A stretch of DNA of 64,000 nucleotides from Savitreella phatthalungensis (lineage: Eukaryota). The notes below the pieces were generated by a model. The model was not told where the DNA came from. It saw only the letters and a list, made by a program, of their open reading frames with translations, and ran no database searches. The stretch covers positions 310,001 through 374,000 of the forward strand of contig AP039691.1 of the NCBI GenBank assembly GCA_051599415.1. The letters are read 5' to 3'. Both the position numbers and the translations under genes were made by a program. Below, one piece after another: positions 55,644 to 64,000 of this stretch. Position 1 is the stretch's first letter. The number at the start of each line of letters is the position of its first letter.

Positions 55644-55715
55644 CTTACGCTGCCAATTTCGACGGCTGCTGCAAGGATCGTCGAGCTTTTTCTATCGTCA
55701 AGCATGGCAACGATT

Positions 55716-55764
55716 GAGTCGTGAACGGTATCGAAGGAATCGAGTCGTGAACAGTATCGAAGGA
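55716..55764. repeat. Imperfect tandem duplication of a 26-bp unit upstream of the DOMON gene
   Basis: GAGTCGTGAACGGTATCGAAGGAATC is followed by GAGTCGTGAACAGTATCGAAGGA. Confidence 0.8.
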
Positions 55765-56032
55765 GTTCCGCTGTAAGCTCCACATGAAACTCTATCTTCA
55801 AACCCGGACCGTGTCTGCCATGTGATAGATTCGCCGTTTCGATGTGATCCACGACCACGACGATCTATACGAGCATGGAACCAGGCAGGATACCTTGCAC
55901 CCTGAAACTCCCGACCTTGGCAACTCATGATTCGAATGAGGCGTTGGCTCTGAGAGAAAGTTCACCGCTGTTTCCACCCATGTGGTAGATAAGCCAGCAG
56001 AGCAGAACATGGAAACCAAAAATGAAAGTTCG

Positions 56033-56046
56033 AAAAAAAAGAAAAA
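56033..56046 (-). terminator. RNA polymerase III oligo(dT) terminator of the tRNA gene
   Basis: T5-C-T8 on the minus strand, 7 nt downstream of the discriminator base. Confidence 0.8.
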
Positions 56047-56053
56047 GAATTAT

Positions 56054-56144
56054 TGCCCCGAGCCGGTGTTGATCCAGCGACCTTCCGATAAGAGACCGAG
56101 TATTTAGACTTCAGTCGGACGCGCCCCCGTTGCGCCACCGAGGC
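56054..56144 (-). tRNA. tRNA-Phe(GAA) with 19-nt intron (56090-56108)
   Basis: Cloverleaf: acceptor GCCTCGG/TCGGGGC+A, D stem GCGC/GCGC, anticodon stem TCCGA/TCGGA with CT-GAA-G, intron at the canonical 37/38 site, T stem GCTGG/CCGGC; 72 nt mature. Confidence 0.88.
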
Positions 56145-56298
56145 GGAAGATTGGGTTATGAAAAATTTGATTTCACGAGCGTATATAAACACAGCCACAA
56201 TTACGTGGGCATCGAGAGAAGCGATCGTGGATGACTAGCAAGCAATCAAGCTCTTCTCACATGTATCGTGCGTTCTACAAATCGTCATCTGCATCTAT

Positions 56299-56862
56299 CT
56301 AGATCGCCTTTTTTGTCATCCAGCAGTGTTGCCAACCTTCCTCATCGTAGTAGCCCTTGTCTTCATCGTACACGTAGCCACACTTCTCGTAGAAGCCGCG
56401 AACCTGATGCTGTGCGCTGAGGTCGACGCGGCTGAGATTCCAGGTGTCTTTGGCATACTGTTCGCATGCAAAGACCAGCCGTCTGCCCAATTGTACTCCA
56501 CGCGCTTCTTTTCCGACAGCAAGGCGCGTGATTTTCGCGAAGCCGTCTTTCCGGATAAGGCGCACGGTCCCTAGAAGCGACTCGGCGTTCTCGTCAGCGG
56601 CTCCCGCATCACTTCCTGCAAAAGCAATGAGGTGTGCGACATCTTCCCGCGGAAATGGAGAGTCATACTCGTCGATGTCGATTGCCGGGTCAAAATCCTG
56701 CTCATTGGAAAACACCTCTAACCGCATCGCTTTGCTGAGATCTAGCTCGGCATCCTAGATCTGTTAGTCTCCGGCTGTAGCGGAACTCAGGAAGTATATC
56801 CTTACAGACCGCGCGGGCCGGACCGCGATTGAGCTCGAAAGGTCTTCCGGTACAACTAGCAT
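56299..56862 (-). CDS. GNAT acetyltransferase (YjcF/ElaA-like); 2 exons, intron 56755-56805
   Basis: RLEVFSNEQ..IDEYD..HLIA, GTVRL, KITRLAVGKEARGVQLGRRL, LSAQ..FYEKCGY and EEGWQH. A 51-nt GTAAGG..GACTAAC..TAG intron adds MLVVPEDLSSSIAVRPARS in frame. Confidence 0.9.
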
Positions 56863-57228
56863 GCTTAAGTGTACGAGCTTTGAGAGAAAGTGTCTGAAGT
56901 TCTCGGAGTCGTTGCGTGGCTCGAGTGCTCGGACGCACGCGATCGAGGATGAACAACTCGAACTAGTTTTCCGAGGCATGCTCCGGCAACAGATTCCTGA
57001 TTAGGCAAGTGAATTTTGTCAACCCCACGCAATCTCCACATGCCCGCCATACACACATTTCGACAACCATATCTTGACACCTAACAGCATGTGAAGGGTA
57101 CAAGGCGGCTCACGCACACGAGCATTTGAGTCTAGGGCTTAGAGATACGTCATGACATGCCGCTCGATCAATTTGTCGTGCCCTATATCCTTCCTACTCA
57201 TCACCCATCGAAGCGGGCTCACTACGAT

Positions 57229-57627
57229 TTAAGCATTCGCCGGCGGGATAGGCGGTCGTGGTAGAGGCCTTGCTCGCGCTCTGTTGTTTAGCGTCGGTAT
57301 CACAGCTCTAATAGGGCGATTATTGAGCTGCCTATTGGCATTGGCACGCAGATTGTTTTGCTGACCATTAGCCCGCTGCCTGCATCCGCCTGCTGGCGCA
57401 CACTGCCTGTTCCGAAGCTGTCCGCCATTTGGTCGATTATTGCCCGGACAATTGATCGATGTCAAGGCCGCGTTATTCTGTCCCCGTATCAGATGTCCAG
57501 TGCAACCATTGCCGAAGTCGATTCTATTACTCGCCCGTGCTTGCCGCGTCAGCGCATTGCAGGAAAAGCAAAAGTCTGCTGCACTCGCTACCGTCGCCAG
57601 AGCGATCGCCATCGTAGTGATCTTCAT
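57229..57627 (-). CDS. Small secreted Cys-containing, Arg/Asn/Pro-rich protein (effector candidate)
   Basis: Clear signal peptide MKITTMAIALATVASA, six Cys residues and strongly biased composition; ACAATG start context. Confidence 0.75.
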   Translation of the reverse strand: MKITTMAIALATVASAADFCFSCNALTRQARASNRIDFGNGCTGHLIRGQNNAALTSINCPGNNRPNGGQLRNRQCAPAGGCRQRANGQQNNLRANANRQLNNRPIRAVIPTLNNRARARPLPRPPIPPANA

Positions 57628-59978
57628 TGTGTACTTTGCAACTATCCTTCAGGGATACGAAGGCCCCTGGTAGACCGAAGGGATGCGCGCTGCGCCTATG
57701 CTGTTTGGACCCCCCAGAGAGCTCGGCTCGTCTGATAGGTGGAACCCTCGCGTGTGTGGGGAATTCGTCAAGAGCGCGGGGAAGGTGAACTATGTAGTGC
57801 TCGTCCGTCGGTTCATTTATCTGGTGGCAGGCAGCGGTGACAGCCCTACAGGCTGACGCAACGCGGCTGCACGGACTGTGAAACCCTTCACGTTTGCATC
57901 GGCTAGAGCTCGGTCAAGACGTCAGCTCGAATGTATAGGCACGTCTGATTGGGATGCGTGACAACTGGTCAGAAGCATGACTAAGTCTCTATTTACGAGA
58001 GACTCGTGGGTGACACGTCGGCAGGTCGTGGTGTGGCGTCGACGAGGACGACGTGTTTGAAGTTTCAAAATGTGTTCTACAGCGGATAAGCGGGGTTGTC
58101 GACTGCTGACGAAAGTGAGATCATATGTCGGACACGACAGAGGTCACGTTACACATTCGAGGAAGCGCATCGAGGCTATCGCATACAAAGTGCTGACACT
58201 CTTGCAGGGTGCAAGACCATTCGAGATGACCGAGTCCTCAGGCATACGCACAACGCGAGTCGAAGCATTTTGTCTGCCGGCCATGCATTCGCGGGATCTA
58301 TGTGCGCCTCATTGTGGCTCAGCCTTGGAAGTGTCGATGTCAGTTTCGATCGAAATTCTTGCATTCTGCAGCCAACGTGCATTCCCGTTCAAGATTGAGG
58401 TCCCATACCCAAGGTACAACCAGTGGCTTCTCAGTGACTTTTCCACGAGACACCACCACATACAAAGGGCTGTTGTTCAAGGTTGACGACCAGATAGCAG
58501 ATTGTGGGAGAGCCGCCGCTTGCAAGTCCGCAGCATGAGATCATCAGACTCTTTCGGAATGCTGTCCCGAGGACGAGACTAACAAGTTGTACGCAAGGTG
58601 TCAACCCTAAAAAGGAACATCGGTGCGCGTGCGCAATACAACATACCTTCCTTGGATGTCGGAGGAACAAAGACAGCAAGGTCTTCGAATCCTCACTCTG
58701 CGGCATTGCTGGACGATGGCTCTCCCTCCAAAGGTCGACTTTTTCGATCCTTGACGTGATACTATTTGTGATGTAGATCGGCTCAGTTTCCTTACCACGG
58801 CCTCATTTCCACTTATTTACCTATGGCGAGGCCGTCATTACAATTCTATCAAGAGCCTAGAATGGCCCTTCTCTCAGGAGTCGAGGCGCAGGTTTTCGCT
58901 AGCGCCGGACGTTTTTTTCGTATTCCACGCCGGTACTTGATAGTAGACTATGCGACATGCTCATTTTCCTTTTTCCTGTGTGGTAATCCTCGTTGTCCTC
59001 AGAATTGGGCATTTGCGTGTAGACTCGACTAAGCTGGCCAGCAGGAAGGCGACAAGCTACAATGTCTCATTGATCTCCAGCCCGAGGTCAACGTAGTGCA
59101 TCCGCACCGCGGAGGCAGCACGACAACACTCGGTACGACGATCGAGACACACGTGAGCAATCGCTTCGCAGCCCACGAATAAGTAAATAAGGCACAAGAA
59201 GGCACTGATAGACTACGGAACAAAGTTGCCAACGTAAATATGCTGGAGGGTCATGACTTTCTTGGCGAGAGCCTTCCGGAGCGCCGATCTTGGCATCAAT
59301 GACAGCAAGACCCGGAGGCTTGCTCACCAATTTTGGTAGTACTGTAGTCCATGTCATGAATCGATACGTGGATGCGCTCGACCCCGCGAGTAATTCGCGA
59401 ATGAATGAATTTTATTGAAATTCACAAACAGTACAAATAGCCTGATCAAAGGCTTGCTCTCATAGCTCTGAATAGTTAGATTCGTAGTTAAATTTAGCAC
59501 AGGGCTACAAGCAGATACGCACACACAGAACGCCAACCACATCGCTCACTACCTTACACGCAAACTGTACGCGAACGCGCCTGGAGTCAAGGATTCATAC
59601 CTCGGTGCGGCCTCCTGAACGCAAGAGCTCTCACTGCGGAGAATCATCATTAAATTGCACGTCAAACCGGTCCTACTCCTCGTTTCTGAGTTCATTGTAA
59701 CACCGGTGTTGAACAGCGGAGCTCGAAGGGCTGCGCGGAACACACAGACCGCCAGAACAGTAATTCGACTTTGTCAGCAAGCAATTTCCACGTCCGATCC
59801 CTAGCTCTCTCGCCGTACACAACGCATCGCATCACCTCCACAGAGCACACTACAGCTTCCGCCCAACCTTTCCCGTAGTTCTGTTCCCGGCCCAGACTCG
59901 GACAGACCAGATCATTCCATCCCGCGCTACAATCACAGGCTTCTAGGTCCCCACCCATCTGAAAAGTACTCTGGAACA

Positions 59979-60563
59979 ATGAGCAATACATCCATCAAGA
60001 CGGTCGTCGTCGGCGACGGCGCAGTTGGCAAGACGTGCCTCCTCATCAGCTACACGACCAACGCCTTCCCTGGAGAGTACATCCCCACCGTCTTCGACAA
60101 TTACTCTGCGACAGTCGTCGTCGACGGCAAGCCGATCGTGCTCGGCCTTTGGGACACAGCAGGTCAGGAAGACTACGACAGGCTCAGGCCACTCTCGTAC
60201 CCACAGACAGACGTATTCCTCATCTGCTTCTCCATCATGAACCCGGCATCGTTCGACAACGTCCGTACCAAGTGGATCCGTGAGATCATGCACCACTCCC
60301 CGAATGTTCCTGTCATCCTCGTCGGCACGAAGCTCGACCTGCGCGAGGACGAGGAGTCGATCCGAAGGCTTCGTGATCGCAACATGAGCCCCATTACGTT
60401 CCAGCAGGGCTCACAGCTCGCGAGAGAGATCCGAGCGGTCCGCTACGTCGAGTGTTCCGCCCTCACACAGAAGGGCCTCAAGAACGTCTTTGACGAGGCG
60501 ATCCGCACGGTACTTGCACCACCACCCGTCAAGCGCAAGTCTCAGCGCTGCGTCATTCTATGA
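59979..60563 (+). CDS. RAC1: Rho-family GTPase Rac
   Basis: [59 protein letters not shown] (Rac-type Trp), [19 protein letters not shown] and CVIL CAAX box. Confidence 0.96.
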   Translation: MSNTSIKTVVVGDGAVGKTCLLISYTTNAFPGEYIPTVFDNYSATVVVDGKPIVLGLWDTAGQEDYDRLRPLSYPQTDVFLICFSIMNPASFDNVRTKWIREIMHHSPNVPVILVGTKLDLREDEESIRRLRDRNMSPITFQQGSQLAREIRAVRYVECSALTQKGLKNVFDEAIRTVLAPPPVKRKSQRCVIL

Positions 60564-61185
60564 GAGAGCGCGCATCAGAGCGGGCAAAGATGATGTAAGG
60601 AGGAGATTGAGCGAGGAAGAGAAGAAGCGCGAATTGCTCTTCCCTCTCTTCTTGCATCTCTTTCTTGCCTGAATTTGGCGTGATTTCCATGCTGCGTTAC
60701 ATTTTCTTAAACTCACTGCATTCCAGAGTGGTATAGCTTTTGGGGGCCTAGAAAGGCAGCAACCAAATGCCGCCTCGCGGAAATGCTGAGGTCCAAGCCG
60801 TCACAAAGATCGCGTCGGGTTTGACTCGCATTTGACTCGCCTGGCGGAGTGTCGTCTGGCATCGGCCGATGACACCTGATAGTGACCAAATGAAACGATG
60901 GTTTCGATGCGCTGGAACGGGAATTCGAAGCACTCTCTGTAGCAGTCAAGTCACGGACGGTGATGTTCAGATTCGTTGCAAAAGATTCTTGACACTCACG
61001 ACGTGCCGATGGTCGGTCTGCAACGGTCATGAACAGCACATCCGATGACGATTCGCGTAGCACGGTGGAGGTTGTCGCTTCATCACCGGCTTATTATATA
61101 TGTGGCGAATCACACACCGAACTATTTTATTTTAATCCTCACTCCCCAAACAACCTCGAGACCCATTCATCACATCTTGGTTGGG

Positions 61186-61776
61186 ATGAAGATCGCCTCT
61201 CTCGCTACCGTGCTCTCGCTGCTGGCAGCTGTGTCTGCACACAGTGCAATCGTCGCCGCCGTCGGCGACGGTGGTCCTCAAATTGGCAAGGGCATGGGCA
61301 TCCGCCCCGGCACGCCTCGCGACGGCACCCGTCGTCAACCTTTCCAGACCGACACCGCTATCATTCGCGACCGCGAGGTGACGAGTGGACGCGCATCCGC
61401 GTGCGGCCGTACCCTGGCGGGCGGCAAAGTCGACATGGAGCAGGAATTGGCCCAGGCGATGACTCAGGGCATCGCCCGCGTCCGTCCTGGAGGTCTCCTG
61501 ACCATGACAGTCCATCAGGTGAACGCTGACGGCGCCGGAGGATTTCAGTGCCAGTCCTTGGCTGGCGACGGGACTGTTGGAGAGACGTTGGAGGTCGTAC
61601 AGCAAGTACCTGGAGTTCGCGGTCGATCCCGCGCTCGTGCGACCGATTTCCCGTTGACGGTACGAACTTCTGCCAATCAGCCGCGGACTGGGCCGAATAA
61701 CAACGTTATCATCGTCCGCTGCCGCAATCCGGTCGGTCCTTTCGGTGCCTGTGCTCCAGCTATGGTCGTAGGCTAA
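61186..61776 (+). CDS. Secreted Egh16/GAS1-like (DUF3129) protein
   Basis: Signal peptide then HSAI..GDGG, TPRDGTRRQPFQTDTAII, CGRTLAGG, LTMTVHQVNADGAG and VRCRN..GPFGAC, characteristic of the gEgh16 family. Confidence 0.88.
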   Translation: MKIASLATVLSLLAAVSAHSAIVAAVGDGGPQIGKGMGIRPGTPRDGTRRQPFQTDTAIIRDREVTSGRASACGRTLAGGKVDMEQELAQAMTQGIARVRPGGLLTMTVHQVNADGAGGFQCQSLAGDGTVGETLEVVQQVPGVRGRSRARATDFPLTVRTSANQPRTGPNNNVIIVRCRNPVGPFGACAPAMVVG

Positions 61777-62792
61777 GTCGTACGACAGCACAGACGACAC
61801 CGTGACAAGCTATACTCGACAGGTGTGACACATATCCTCGTCACGTGCATCCCGGATATCCGCGCTCGTGAATTTCCATTTGAATTAAATCTCAATTCCA
61901 CGCAATTGATCATGAATGCACGAAAATAGTGTCTTGCCCGCGCTAGAAATCAGGTGAGCCTGACTTGCGGACTCTACGAAACAAAGAGTGGCCAAACTTC
62001 GCCCTGGCTATAACTCGTGTGAGCATTGAGTACTGCCTATCGATGTTCGGGATCAATCGTCAACGCGCATGACAGGACGTTTGTTTCGTCTGGAGTACGT
62101 CGTACGGAGTTAGTCTCCATTGTCAACTCGAAGCCGCCAGGAACTATCGATTCCGCAACACTGACAAAGGCGAAAAAGATGGGTATGAGACCGCGGCGAG
62201 CGGAACATAGCCGCATGCATCCAACTTCATGAATCTCTGCAACGGACACAGTTCTAAACCTGCTTCGGCGAACATATCTGCGTTCAGAATCAGCGGAACA
62301 AATGCACGCCTGTCGAGTTCTTGCCTCCACTCAACGCCAAAAGTGTCTTAGACAGACGTCACTGCCAATATCCTAAGATCAAATGCTCATTTGATATGTG
62401 TTTTATTATACTTGAAGCATGACGTGCAATGCAGCGCGAAGTGAGGCGAGTGCTGATGGAGACGAGACGATGGACGGTTGGCTAGATAGCTGACAGTCTT
62501 TATGGACGCCAGTCAGTGAGAGTATGCCTGATCCCTGTAGCCGTAATTCATCGGCCGTGGACGATTGGTCGCCGTAATCATGGAGACCACGCAAGAAATG
62601 GCGGCGATAGTGACGATGACGATAATAACAACAACGACGGCGATCATAAGCAGCCGAGCTCTGTCTCGCCCCACGAGGATGTCTTGTACCTTCAATGCTG
62701 GCCTTATGATTGTTTAAATCGAGCTCTCGCGCATGTCGTTGGGCCTAAGAGGTAGTCGACCTTTTGTTCTGGGACAGTCTCATGCTGAACTT

Positions 62793-63235
62793 CTTCAACC
62801 GAAAATACCGATGTGGGATGGAGGTTATGACCGTCGACATGCGCGCAGGACCGTGTTTGCACTCGTCAAAGGCCTAGTCCTGTATCACACACAGGCTTAC
62901 GAGCACGAGTTCACGCAGCCGGAGCGAATGTCCTTTTCGGCCGCCCTCGCCGACCTTGACCTGTCAAACGGTTACATAAAGTCAAGGATGGTCGCGAATG
63001 GACCCGTGATACGCGATCTCGTCCTGCATATGGCGACCACCTTTCTCTTCATGTAATCGTTCGACAAGTCAAGCTGGCCGAGGGCGGCTGAGAAGGTCAT
63101 TCGTTCGGGCTGCGTGAACTCGTGCTCGTAAGCCCGTGTGATATGCAGGACTAGGCCTCTGACGAGTCCGTATACGGTGCCCCGCGCAGGTCGACGGTCG
63201 TAATCTCCATCCCGCATCGGTATCTTCAGTCGAAC
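62793..63235. repeat. Long imperfect inverted repeat: arms 62793-62996 and 63032-63235, 35-nt spacer
   Basis: Manual alignment shows 204-nt arms, no indels and 37 mismatches (about 82% identity). The ORF track shows near-identical peptides on opposite strands. Confidence 0.93.
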
Positions 63236-64000
63236 GGGGGAGGTGGCCTAGGAATCCCATGATGAACATCACGACGCTTCTGGCGTCGGGAACCGGTGCT
63301 CTCTCGTCATTTGCGAGCTTTTTGAAAAGCTCCGGGGTTAACCCTAACCATAGAGGTCGTGGGAGGATTCTTTCCACCCGGTCGGTCTTCCTGCTCGGAA
63401 GATCGACAGAAGCACACTGGCAGCTGATCACCTACAGCACTCTGACCGACCAGATTGCAATGAAGATTGAGAAGTAATGAAGTAGTAATGAAGTTGAGTA
63501 ATCGGATGGGATAGCAACTCTGTTCGGCGGGTCGTTGCGAAATCGGTGCAGGTCTTATATGATAGCGTTGCGATTCTCTTTCGCTGCGGACAACACATTG
63601 TGTTCGACCACATTGCGTTTGAGAAGCAGCAGCTGGTGAGCTAGCAGTGATCAGATCACGCGATCAGAAGCCACGAGGATTCGTGGTACTTGCAGTTGGT
63701 GAAACATGACCGTTCATTCTTCCGAGAAGGAGGTCAACAGCTTGTGACCAATGCGAGATGAATTCTCTATAGTCCTTGTCGATCCAAGTCGGCAATCAAT
63801 CCATAAAGGAAGCGATACAGATAAAACTTGTCATTACGAGGTCAGCCATGCGATAAGAATATATCCAGAAGGTGGGGCTATGGCCGCAGCGATCCATCCA
63901 CGAGAGACAATGCGATGTGTTTCTCTGCGTCGGGACGAGCGTATACAGATCAGCAGACGAGAAATCCACATCTGGAGCATTCTACAGCTGAATCACGTCT

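Noticed and set aside
61045..61185. Upstream in-frame extension of the Egh16-like ORF
   Set aside because: It spans a TATA-like AT-rich region; the signal peptide begins at ATG 61186.
62733..63217. Two intact convergent protein genes, or a MITE/DNA transposon, at the inverted repeat
   Set aside because: The ORFs run into each other's arms and one copy appears frameshifted. I found no sharp termini or target-site duplication, so it is reported as a repeat only.
1..64000. CRISPR arrays, rRNA genes, prokaryotic operons or defence systems
   Set aside because: The sequence is eukaryotic (spliceosomal introns, fungal housekeeping genes); no repeat-spacer arrays or rRNA-like segments were seen.

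Overview
Gene-dense, intron-poor fungal nuclear DNA. It looks like an ascomycete yeast, and Taphrinomycotina-like is an inference from protein style and short GTAAG...CTRAY...YAG introns. About 30 protein-coding genes are supported: LHS1 (partial), a phosducin-like protein next to the G-protein beta subunit, LSM7, KAP95, a heme oxygenase, PAN3, APC4, YPT7, DUF4211, CAP/PR-1, UPF0658, a GT15 mannosyltransferase, RPS1, GPI7, THR1, ADE5,7, TIM8, NAPE-PLD, an AMID-like oxidoreductase, an aquaporin, DOMON, GNAT, RAC1 and Egh16-like. There is also one atypical intron-containing tRNA-Phe gene. An intact, very young 5553-bp Ty3/gypsy retrotransposon (31804-37356) has identical 153-bp LTRs and a GTCGC target-site duplication. 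Its most striking feature is a -1 frame junction after the protease, between Gag-PR and RT-RH-IN-chromodomain, directly followed by a predicted three-stem pseudoknot. Other highlights are an apparently extended tRNA-iMet priming site, a 204-bp-arm inverted repeat built from two diverged coding fragments, a candidate ER/nucleophagy receptor, and an Arg/Pro-rich small secreted protein. All calls come from reading the sequence; no database searches were run.
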